A DNA stretch of 64,000 nt from NCBI GenBank assembly GCA_048882325.1, contig JBHLRS010000016.1:1-64000 (forward strand), in the 5' to 3' direction. Position numbers and translations under genes: made by a program. Under the pieces are notes generated by a model. The model worked only from the letters and a program-made list of their open reading frames with translations. It was not told the origin of the DNA and did not search any database. The DNA comes from Candidatus Thorarchaeota archaeon (GTDB lineage Archaea; Asgardarchaeota; Thorarchaeia; Thorarchaeales; Thorarchaeaceae). Below, piece by piece: positions 38,414 through 47,103 of the stretch. Within the stretch, counting starts at the first letter, position 1; each line of letters starts with the position of its first letter.

Positions 38414-38571
38414 GGTGGGCGCAGCTCTGTGCGAGCAACGCGGTGCATTGCCGCGCCACCACCTAATGTTTTGTGCGCCGCATTCCGAAGAACCCATTTT
38501 GAGGTTAATCGCAAGATAAGCTCCGCACGCCAAAGAGCTTAATCGGCTCGCACATTGAATATGCCGCGCCC
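38414..38571 (-). ncRNA. Candidate structured ncRNA or leader of unknown class
   Basis: Terminal helices GGGCGCGGC/GCUGCGCCC and UGUGCGAGC/GCUCGCACA, internal hairpins, G-U pairs favouring the minus strand, ends in ACC plus a U tract. Confidence 0.5.
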
Positions 38572-38928
38572 TTGAGTGATTAAGTCATAGAAGCTTTCGC
38601 AGATATACCTTTGTGTCGGCGAAACTTCAGCGTGACTTTCTGCCGTGCTGTTGATGATAGCTCATATTATCTTATAACAAGCTTCTATAAAAGGTTGGTG
38701 GGCGTGTACGTTTTCCATAGTTAAAAACAAGATTCGTTAACCTTTACGAACAGAGAGGACAACTGTACCCTCAATCGCAACCTTTAATCGACGTTCATCA
38801 TCTTGAAACCTTAAGGCCAACGTAGAGAGAAAAAGACCTTAATGTGGGACAGTGTGCGACAGTCCTCTCTGTACCGGGTTTATGTTTCAAGACTTGGCCA
38901 GAAAGTAGATAGTTGGAGACATGACTTC

Positions 38929-40743
38929 ATGCGTGTATATCTTGACGCGAACTTCTTCATATCGGGGTTCTCAGATAGACCCAAAGACGTGGCTATTGTA
39001 AAAGAGGCCGCGGACAAAGCAGGTATGGAACTGTGGATCACCAGACAAGTGTTCCAGGAGCTGCGTTGGTACCTGAGAAGAGAAGCTGAGAACATAGTCC
39101 AGATTGATGAAACTCTCTCTAAGGACATCAAGTCATTTATAGACAGTATCTCAAGACCCGAGTCTTCACTACCACAACCTAATGACATGTCTCTGGTTCT
39201 AGGTGCGATGAGGAACAAAGGCTCCAAGATAGTCACAAGCGACCTGAAGCTTCTAAACACAATCCAAGACCTCAACGTGGAGGTTGAGGGTATAGTGGGT
39301 TCAGCGTTTGTTTTGGAGCTCATGGAGTCTGTGGATGATGAGAAACTCAAGAGGGAACTCTCGATCATCAGGGACCGCATCTACTCGGAAGAAGTCCGTT
39401 ACAGTATTGCTAGACAAGAGTCGTATGACCCAGTAACTAGGATTCGTATCATTGAGGATCATGCTCTTCGAGTATTAAGAACCGTCAAGCGTCCAGCAGA
39501 GGGACTTGACAAGAAATTATCGAGAGGTCAACCTTTGTTTGTCCTTGATTTCCTCGAGGACATCAAAGCGGACATTCCGACAATGTTCGAGGACTTTAGG
39601 GAGGGCAAGTACGACACTTTGGCCCTCGAGATCGAAACCGTACAGAATGAGATTGAGAGATTATTGATAGTGTCCACACTGACTGAGGACAGTGAAACAC
39701 ATGGTCAGTTGGTGAAGCAAGCCTCGGATTTGACATTGTTCCTATACTATTTGGAAACCATATGCCACCTCTATCGAGGAACAAGACAGGGAATAGAGGA
39801 CGCATTAGAGATTAGTGATGAGGCATTCAGACTTCTAATGTTCGCAGAGGTCAGCAATGAAGAGCTCAAGGCCTCAGTCTTCTTTGTTAGAATTGTGCTT
39901 GCGCTCATCAGAGAAGACTATGATGAGATTGACTATTACTATAGTCTATATGACAGCATGATTAACAGAATTAACCTTACAGACATGCTGGAAACCTCTG
40001 AGGGACTCTATATCACAATGCAGATACTCAGGAAGTTCATGGGCGGGTTCAGTCTGACAAAGAACAAGCTACAATATCCTGAAGTCACGATGTCGATGCT
40101 TAACGACCTTGCTAAATATTCGATTCAGTTTGATGATCATGACAATGCGTGGCAGCTAGCAGTCACAGCCTATAAGATTGGTGTAGCATACAACAAGGAA
40201 GAAGGAGCTCTAAGATCATTCCTCATGCTTTACAAGGTGTCATCCTCCTCTCATGATAGATTCAAACCAGCCCTTGAGAAGATTGCAGAACATGCTCTGA
40301 AAGCCTTCGTGAAGAAAGGATGGAACACATCACAAATAACTCCTATATTGAACGAGATTCAAGGTCAGGTTCCTCAGGTGAACGGGATGACCACTGATGG
40401 ACCAGTCGATCTCAAGAAGTTGAAAGAGGAACTCATAGGATGGATGGATGTGCTCTCCCTCGAAACGATCGAAGGCGTTGAGATGCTTGTCGTAAGAAAT
40501 GACAAACTCCAGGCACGAATAGCCATAGCAGTAGGAAATCATCCTGAAATTAGTGCTCTGAAGACGGGACACAAGATAGCCCTCACAAACGGTAGCTTTG
40601 AAGTTGTGGATGCAAACCCTGAAGTGGTTGAGAAGTATTCTATAATACTGAAGATAAATCCGAGTGAAAGCGCTGAGATTTCATACGAAGGTGAGTATGG
40701 TTTCAGCTATCTCAAGGTGGCTGAACCTGAAGCTGAAATTTAG
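38929..40743 (+). CDS. PIN-domain protein with long helical region and C-terminal beta domain
   Basis: VYLDANFF, V.QEL, D.SL and IVTSD..L PIN acidic motifs; ATG at 38929 follows GGAG. Confidence 0.8.
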   Translation: MRVYLDANFFISGFSDRPKDVAIVKEAADKAGMELWITRQVFQELRWYLRREAENIVQIDETLSKDIKSFIDSISRPESSLPQPNDMSLVLGAMRNKGSKIVTSDLKLLNTIQDLNVEVEGIVGSAFVLELMESVDDEKLKRELSIIRDRIYSEEVRYSIARQESYDPVTRIRIIEDHALRVLRTVKRPAEGLDKKLSRGQPLFVLDFLEDIKADIPTMFEDFREGKYDTLALEIETVQNEIERLLIVSTLTEDSETHGQLVKQASDLTLFLYYLETICHLYRGTRQGIEDALEISDEAFRLLMFAEVSNEELKASVFFVRIVLALIREDYDEIDYYYSLYDSMINRINLTDMLETSEGLYITMQILRKFMGGFSLTKNKLQYPEVTMSMLNDLAKYSIQFDDHDNAWQLAVTAYKIGVAYNKEEGALRSFLMLYKVSSSSHDRFKPALEKIAEHALKAFVKKGWNTSQITPILNEIQGQVPQVNGMTTDGPVDLKKLKEELIGWMDVLSLETIEGVEMLVVRNDKLQARIAIAVGNHPEISALKTGHKIALTNGSFEVVDANPEVVEKYSIILKINPSESAEISYEGEYGFSYLKVAEPEAEI

Positions 40744-40763
40744 ATTCAATGGGATGAAGAATA

Positions 40764-41198
40764 TTGGATGTACTGACTTGGTTGGTTCTTCTGGTAGTAA
40801 TACTGCTTGTGGCAGTATTCAATTACTACATGAATCTTGCACCGGGTACGGACCCAGAAGATTTTCAAGTTGGCCCACCACAATTAGGTATCACCTGTGA
40901 TTGTTCACTCACTGTCTTAATAATCGGAGGCATTGTGGTCTTAGCACTAAGTGCAGTTTCAGGGATTTTTGAAACACGTTTAGAACTCTATCTGGTCGGG
41001 TTATTTGCATTCAGTCTAATCACTATATCTGGTTTCATAGGTAGGCGGAAACGGCATCAAGAATGGAGAGAACTTCGAAAAGCAATTCAACGTGCAGTTC
41101 CTAACACCTCAATTTTTGGCTTTCGAAGGGCTCCTATGGACATAGCCTTTGAGGAAGACGACGACGAGGATTCCAATGACTACTACGACGAGTATTAG
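40764..41198 (+). CDS. 3-TM membrane protein with acidic tail
   Basis: Three hydrophobic segments; EEDDDED tail. Confidence 0.65.
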   Translation: MDVLTWLVLLVVILLVAVFNYYMNLAPGTDPEDFQVGPPQLGITCDCSLTVLIIGGIVVLALSAVSGIFETRLELYLVGLFAFSLITISGFIGRRKRHQEWRELRKAIQRAVPNTSIFGFRRAPMDIAFEEDDDEDSNDYYDEY

Positions 41199-41569
41199 CT
41201 CTCACTTCCGTTATTGGGTATAATCTTATCATCAGATAGATTGGGAAACTTCAGAGCTAGAATCTTCCCAGGCTGATTATCTTTGGGTTCAAAAGAGTGT
41301 GCTTCACCCGGTTCAACAATAACCACATCGCCATCCATCAAATCGTATCCTGAATCATCGATGAATATGCGGATATCTGAGATAGCGATGAATACTTCCT
41401 CTAGTTTCTCATGTAGATGTGGAGTGGATCTTCCTCCGCCATCAAATTTCACAAGAATCACACCACATGTATTCAAGGAATCACGGAAGGTCAGGTCTGC
41501 GACATAACTAGCCTCATATCCAGCCCGTTCTGCCTTTTTGGCATCAGTTGCCCGATAAATCTTAACCAT
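41195..41569 (-). CDS. Cupin domain protein
   Basis: PHLH...EEVF and GDVV.V.PGEAH motifs; ATG at 41569. Confidence 0.88.
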   Translation of the reverse strand: MVKIYRATDAKKAERAGYEASYVADLTFRDSLNTCGVILVKFDGGGRSTPHLHEKLEEVFIAISDIRIFIDDSGYDLMDGDVVIVEPGEAHSFEPKDNQPGKILALKFPNLSDDKIIPNNGSES

Positions 41570-41640
41570 TTTTCTCAACGTCTGGTAAATATCATGTAAA
41601 AAATATCTTCCCAATTGTTGTGAATCGTTTGATATCGTGA

Positions 41641-41853
41641 TTAAAAGTGCACAGAAACAATGAGAATAATGAGCAGCACATCATATCGAGGGTGCTCCAC
41701 TGACAAAACGAAGCCGTAGAATGGTTGTGCGATGATATTACCACTGTCAACCAAGCAATGTGTGGAGACAGGCGCCATCGCATGTGTCTTGCCAGTAGGA
41801 GCTAATCCTCGATAATCACAATTGTGAGTTTCAGTCATTTTTCTCGAGTGCAT
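41641..41853 (-). pseudogene. Degenerate ester cyclase (SnoaL-like) fragment
   Basis: MTETHNCDYRGLAPTGKT resembles the TGTHxGxFxGxxPTGK signature; N-terminal half is absent. Confidence 0.5.
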
Positions 41854-41871
41854 CTATCATCTCCTATTATA

Positions 41872-43086
41872 CTACAGAACTGCGGGTAGTATGAAAGTGT
41901 CAATGAGTAGACTATCGACGGGACCAGACCAAACCAAATCATTTGGATCATTGGCAGTGAAGACCACCACAATATCATAATCAGGTAGTACAATTATCCG
42001 ATTTGTATTTGCCCCGAATGCTTGGAAATATTTACCTGGAGTAGCCCACCAGAGATATCCATAGTGAATTGGAAATACTCCAAACAGTAACCGGTCTATT
42101 AGAGCACTTGTAGATGTATCAACCCATTCTTCTGAAACAACTTGCCTTCCATGCCACTTGCCTTGATTCAAAACCAATAACCCAATGCGGGCCATCGCTT
42201 TATGGGTCATGAAAAGTCCAAATCCCCCGTGATACTTAATTGCAAGATCTCCGGTCCCCCATGCTGAAGGACCATACATCCAATCCCATTCGCTATCTCG
42301 GATTTTAAGAGGTTTGAACAGATATTCTCGGGCAAATTGAGCCATAGTCATCCCAGTCTTACTTGCGAGAATCACAGACAGCATTTCTGCATTTCCACTT
42401 GAATATGTCCAAGCGAGAGGGTCGTCCGTTCCTGGTAGATAGTCCATTGGTTTCGTCAGATAATAATCGAGACTAAAACCATCAATAGTCCATTCATAGC
42501 TGGTTGTTGGATCGAACTCATTCCATTGAATACCAACGTTTTGTAAAAGTAGATTCTCAACGGTAATGTCCCTTTTGGCATCAGAATACACCGGATCACC
42601 ATATTTCGCGGAATCCCATCTGTCAGGGAAAACATCGAAGAATTTGGTGTCTAAATCGAAAAATCCCTTGTCAATAGCTATTCCTACTAGCAAAGATACA
42701 ACGGATTTTGTAACACTCCAAACTTGGTGTAGTCTACCGTCTCTAAGTTCCCAATATGGATCGGCTTCAGGCCAGTAGTAGCTTTTTTCATCCAATCGCA
42801 CCGAGTTATAGAGGTATTCCTCATTGATTATGTAGCCATTGCGAAGAATCAACACACTTTGAATATTGATCTCGTTTGCTTCAATGAAACCATACATTTC
42901 CTCTATCTTGCTTGAATCCATACCCTGTGTTTCAGGAGTGGTTTCCCTCCAAATATCCCAACTAGGCCAATTCTGAGGTCTAGCAATTGCGAGAGCTTGA
43001 GGAGGTAAAAGACCGAGGAATATGATGGCTGTAAAAGATATTCCTAACATAACTAGTTTCGTATTTTGCTTCAAAAGCAATTTCAC
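41872..43086 (-). CDS. Secreted serine hydrolase, beta-lactamase/AmpC-like family
   Basis: Signal peptide, SVTKS (SxxK), YSS, LFKPL.I, ARIG.L.L..G.W and YGYLWW. Confidence 0.92.
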   Translation of the reverse strand: MKLLLKQNTKLVMLGISFTAIIFLGLLPPQALAIARPQNWPSWDIWRETTPETQGMDSSKIEEMYGFIEANEINIQSVLILRNGYIINEEYLYNSVRLDEKSYYWPEADPYWELRDGRLHQVWSVTKSVVSLLVGIAIDKGFFDLDTKFFDVFPDRWDSAKYGDPVYSDAKRDITVENLLLQNVGIQWNEFDPTTSYEWTIDGFSLDYYLTKPMDYLPGTDDPLAWTYSSGNAEMLSVILASKTGMTMAQFAREYLFKPLKIRDSEWDWMYGPSAWGTGDLAIKYHGGFGLFMTHKAMARIGLLVLNQGKWHGRQVVSEEWVDTSTSALIDRLLFGVFPIHYGYLWWATPGKYFQAFGANTNRIIVLPDYDIVVVFTANDPNDLVWSGPVDSLLIDTFILPAVL

Positions 43087-43397
43087 CCCTCAAATCATTG
43101 TAATACCTTTTTAATAAAGGTCTATAGCGTTAGAAGTATAGTTCAAAGAAGAACATAGTGTGCAAGTGAAGAGGTCACAAAATATCAGAAGAAAGGTTCA
43201 TTTCCGGAGTTGAATGGTTAGTTTGGAGAAAGAGGAGTCTATGACACAACTATGTTCGTATCCAGCCCAATAGATCCTAAACAGTTTTCTCATTCATACG
43301 GATACGAGTTCAGGTTGTTGTCTTCTCTCTTGCAGAAAATTGATTATATCTTAACCAGAAGTTATTAGTTGATAGACACCTACGTTATCATTTGAGA

Positions 43398-44513
43398 ATG
43401 ACCACCCCAAATGATTCAAAGGGTCGAATGATCTTCAAGGTCCTAGTAATTGGTAATGACTTACCGCTGCAGACAGGTTTCCTTAGCAGAGCCTCCGGTG
43501 ACCGTGTTTCATGTCAGTTGTACAGCACGATAGGTTTGAGTCTTGGAGTGGCGAAGTTTGATTTTCCTGACAATCAGAATGTCGTTCTCCAGATGTGGTC
43601 TATTCCCATCTCTGAGAGAATGGAGGGTCTCTCTCGCAACTTCACAAAGGGTCACAATGCTATCATACTAATTATTCGTCCTGATGAAATTGAGAACATT
43701 CCTCATATGTTTGAACGCCTTTCATTAAGTCCGGAAACCCCTCTGATGATAGTGGTCGTAGGATCTGTCCGCGAAGCAGAAGCGGGATCTTCCTTGCTTA
43801 ACGCATTTCTCGGTTCACAACAACCAGTTCAAGCAGTACAGACAATCGAAGAAATCACGGAGAGTGTGGCAACAGGACTTCTAATGAAGAAATCATCAAT
43901 ACAGATTCCTCCGAAAATAGTGGCACTAGACGAAGATGTTTGTCCACTATATGTACCGATCCTCCCTGAGGTTTCAACGCCACCTAACACTATCGAGGAA
44001 ATCAACCAGATTCGAGAAATTGCAATCAATCTTGGACTCCGAGTCATAGGTGAATCATGCGCAGTAGAGATGGACGAGGGAGTTGCATGGGTCTGCATGA
44101 AGACAGGTACAATTCGACTAGCACCCGGAATCTGTAGATATTGCTCACACTATTGCAAACGTCAAGCCAATATCTGTATTGTTGGAACAGATACTGGTTG
44201 GTCATCACTCAATATAGGTTCCAGAGCACTTCTCACTATAGCTAAAATCTATGCTCTCACAGCAAGAACGTTACCTTCTCACGTGAAGAAACAGATTCAG
44301 AGAGCAACAGTCTGCTTCCGATTTGACCCCAATCCAGCCATTCCGATTGAGGAGATACCTGACCATACGCTATCAGGATTCAAAGATTCTAAATCAGGCA
44401 AGTCACTTCTTCAAGCTGCAAGAGAGCGAGTAAAAGAAGGGCGACTCTCAAAAGATGCTTACACTATGCTCAAAAGGAAGCTTCAGAACTTAGAGTCATC
44501 GCAAAACCATTGA
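43398..44513 (+). CDS. Degenerate small-GTPase-fold protein with Cys-rich C-terminal domain
   Basis: FKVLVIG, STIG, LQMW and F.KG..AII match Rab topology, but GxxxxGK and DxxG are lost; CRYCSHYC. Confidence 0.65.
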   Translation: MTTPNDSKGRMIFKVLVIGNDLPLQTGFLSRASGDRVSCQLYSTIGLSLGVAKFDFPDNQNVVLQMWSIPISERMEGLSRNFTKGHNAIILIIRPDEIENIPHMFERLSLSPETPLMIVVVGSVREAEAGSSLLNAFLGSQQPVQAVQTIEEITESVATGLLMKKSSIQIPPKIVALDEDVCPLYVPILPEVSTPPNTIEEINQIREIAINLGLRVIGESCAVEMDEGVAWVCMKTGTIRLAPGICRYCSHYCKRQANICIVGTDTGWSSLNIGSRALLTIAKIYALTARTLPSHVKKQIQRATVCFRFDPNPAIPIEEIPDHTLSGFKDSKSGKSLLQAARERVKEGRLSKDAYTMLKRKLQNLESSQNH

Positions 44514-44528
44514 GAATAGTGATGAGAA

Positions 44529-45032
44529 ATGCCAGCAAGAGTAATTTCTGTCATTGGAGGATCAGACAGCAGTCCAGAAAACCTGGAGCATGCAGAACGC
44601 GTTGGTGCAGAGATTGCCAAGCGAGGTGTAATCCTTGTGTGTGGCGGTCTTGGTGGTGTCATGGAGGCAGTCTGCAGAGGAGCAAAGAAAGAGGGTGGTC
44701 AGACACTAGGGATTTTGCCTACGGACAACAAGGAACATGCAAACGAGTTTGTGGACATAGCAATTCCGACTGGTTTTGGATATGCAAGGAACTTCTTGGT
44801 TGCAAAAACAGGTGATGCAGTCATTGCAATCGATGGCTCAGCTGGCACCCTAAGTGAGATGGCAATTGCTTGGTTCTCTGACAAACCTATTGTGGCTTTA
44901 GTCCCCACTGGGGGATGGGCCGCTAGACTTGCTGGTGAGAAGATTGATGATAGACGGACAGACAAGATATATGCCGCTGTCACACCAGAAGAAGCAGTTG
45001 ATAAGGTGTTTGAAGTTTTGAACTGGAAATAG
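44529..45032 (+). CDS. TIGR00725/LOG-family Rossmann-fold protein
   Basis: CGGLGGVMEA, GILP, TG.G.ARN and G..GTLSE motifs. Confidence 0.92.
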   Translation: MPARVISVIGGSDSSPENLEHAERVGAEIAKRGVILVCGGLGGVMEAVCRGAKKEGGQTLGILPTDNKEHANEFVDIAIPTGFGYARNFLVAKTGDAVIAIDGSAGTLSEMAIAWFSDKPIVALVPTGGWAARLAGEKIDDRRTDKIYAAVTPEEAVDKVFEVLNWK

Positions 45033-45048
45033 GTTGTGAATAGTAATA

Positions 45049-45894
45049 TTGTACCTTGTCGACTCAATTCTCAACGGGAACGTTGATGTAGCACAAGAAG
45101 ACATTATCAGATTAGCAGGGATGGTCAAAAACATCTATCGGAGCAAACCCAATGTCGTGGAGATTCCGTCAAGAAACCTCATCTTTGTTGGAGACTTGCA
45201 CGGTGAACTAGATTCAATCTTGAGCGTCCAGCGATTGTTCCAAAAATATCGAAACCATTCATTCATCTTCCTAGGGGACTACGCAGATAGAGGTCCCGCT
45301 CAGGTTGAAACCGTAAACTTGGTGATGGCTCTTGCACTTTCAGAACCTGATCGTGTGACCCTACTACGAGGAAACCATGAGTCAGATGAAGTTGCACAAC
45401 GGTACGGTTTCTATACAGAGGTAACAAGGAAATTCTCCTTTGAGCTTTATAGTGAGTATTTTGAAATGTTCCAGGTGTTACCTATGGCTGCGTTTAGTCC
45501 TAATGCTATATTTGCCTGCCACGGTGGAATACCAGAAGGAGTCACATCAATCGATGACATCCAACAATGTGAAAGAACTAATCTTAACTTCCCAGATGAC
45601 ACTCTATTTCAATTGGCATGGAATGATCCAAAAGATGCAGACTTCAGATTCGCAGCAAACTCTCGTGGAATGAGAGTCAAATCATTTGGCCGCAAAGCCT
45701 TTGATGAGTTCATGGAGAATCTTGATCTCAAATTGATGATTCGAGCTCACGAGGTTTTTGCTTTAGGTGTCAAGAGTTTCTTTGATGGTCGGTTGATGAG
45801 TGTATTTAGTGCTTCTTACAGGGGAGCAGCCACGCCCAAGGTGATACGTGTTGGTGGAGACCTCGCCGTAGAGCTCATTTCACTTGTTGACTAA
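45049..45894 (+). CDS. PPP-family Ser/Thr protein phosphatase
   Basis: GDLHG, GDYADRG, LRGNHE, HGGI, W.DP, RAHE and FSASY motifs. Confidence 0.93.
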   Translation: MYLVDSILNGNVDVAQEDIIRLAGMVKNIYRSKPNVVEIPSRNLIFVGDLHGELDSILSVQRLFQKYRNHSFIFLGDYADRGPAQVETVNLVMALALSEPDRVTLLRGNHESDEVAQRYGFYTEVTRKFSFELYSEYFEMFQVLPMAAFSPNAIFACHGGIPEGVTSIDDIQQCERTNLNFPDDTLFQLAWNDPKDADFRFAANSRGMRVKSFGRKAFDEFMENLDLKLMIRAHEVFALGVKSFFDGRLMSVFSASYRGAATPKVIRVGGDLAVELISLVD

Positions 45895-46001
45895 GACAAT
45901 CGTTGAACGATACTTGGATTTTTTAATAACCGTTCTAAAGGCAACTTCATAAGGCGTGTAAGTTCGCCGATAGTAAAATGTCAACCATGATGTGAGGAAC
46001 C

Positions 46002-47081
46002 ATGCCTAAGGTAGCTGTTGTCAAGACTACTCCACAGACAATCAAAGAGGACATTGCCAGAGTGATGGATCTCGCTGACTATGACAAATTTGTGGCAAAA
46101 GATGTGGCTACCACCATCAAACTAAATCTATCATGGAGTAAACTCTATCCGGCCTGTTCTACTAACCCATACATCCTCGATGGTCTTCTAAAGAAACTAA
46201 TCTCTGATGGATTTGATAATAGAAGAATAACAGCAGTGGAGAATGAAACAGTCGTTACAAACATCTATGCTGGGGTTAAGAATAACAACTGGTATCCTGT
46301 GATGAAGAAGCACAAGATCAAGTTCCTCCCGCTCATCAAAGCCACCTATGTTGACGTAGATTTACCCCAAAAAACTTTGGTCATGGAAGACATTTTCGGT
46401 GAAACAATAGCACCCAAGGAGATATTCGGCACCAACATCATTCACCTGCCCACTGTGAAGACTCATGGACACACACAGATGACTGGTGCGTTGAAGGACT
46501 CGTTTGGTCTTTACCTCACGAAGAACAGGCATCTGGCTCATCTGAAAATTCATGAAATCCTTGTGGACCTCCTGCTCATTCAGCAGACAATATCGCATTC
46601 AGAATTTGTTCTAACTGATGGTACAGTGATGGGAGATGGAGCAGGACCAAGAACGATGATTCCAAAGATTGGTAACATCCTGATTGCTACATCAGACATG
46701 GTGGCAGCAGACACCGTCCAGGCAAGATTAATGGGTATAGACCAGAATTGCGTACACAAGCTACAGATTGCGAGTAATTTGGGACTTGGAGTATCAGACC
46801 CTGAGAAGATAGATATTGAGGGTGACTTTGAGTCATGGCAGGACCTTCCTAACTTCCATATGAGCCCAGGCAAGAGTCCAGTAATTGCTTTCAACCGGGG
46901 ATTTCTACGATTTCCAGGAATGGAAACATTCTTGTTCAGGTCACCATTGATGTGGCTCCCAACTCAACTCAGTGGCTTGTATCATGATGGAATCTGGCTT
47001 CCTTTCAAAGGCAAAAAATGGGTCAAGTGGTTCCTTGAAGAAACTGAATGGGGTAGGCTTTGGAGCTCATATTCAAAATAA
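46002..47081 (+). CDS. DUF362 domain protein
   Basis: IKLNL, T.P, LP.VKTH.H..MTGALK, DG...G.GP and D.VAAD motifs. Confidence 0.85.
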   Translation: MPKVAVVKTTPQTIKEDIARVMDLADYDKFVAKDVATTIKLNLSWSKLYPACSTNPYILDGLLKKLISDGFDNRRITAVENETVVTNIYAGVKNNNWYPVMKKHKIKFLPLIKATYVDVDLPQKTLVMEDIFGETIAPKEIFGTNIIHLPTVKTHGHTQMTGALKDSFGLYLTKNRHLAHLKIHEILVDLLLIQQTISHSEFVLTDGTVMGDGAGPRTMIPKIGNILIATSDMVAADTVQARLMGIDQNCVHKLQIASNLGLGVSDPEKIDIEGDFESWQDLPNFHMSPGKSPVIAFNRGFLRFPGMETFLFRSPLMWLPTQLSGLYHDGIWLPFKGKKWVKWFLEETEWGRLWSSYSK

Positions 47082-47103
47082 GGTTTGTTAGGAGAATTCG
47101 ATA

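Noticed and set aside
36998-38640. Integron attC sites or group II intron ends
   Set aside because: No RYYYAAC/GTTRRRY boxes bound the hairpins, there is no full domain V after GAGCCGTG, and no integrase or RT lies in the window
38351-38665. Selenoprotein by UGA read-through (MSYHQQHGRKSR*...)
   Set aside because: Two in-frame TGAs lack any redox-motif context, the product is not recognisable, and no convincing SECIS is present
38410-38710. SRP RNA, RNase P RNA, tRNA or 5S rRNA
   Set aside because: GGTGGGC ends recall archaeal SRP RNA, but there is no helix-8 CAGG..GGAA..AGCA motif, no GAGGAAAGUCC/P4, no T-loop GTTCRA and no 5S signature
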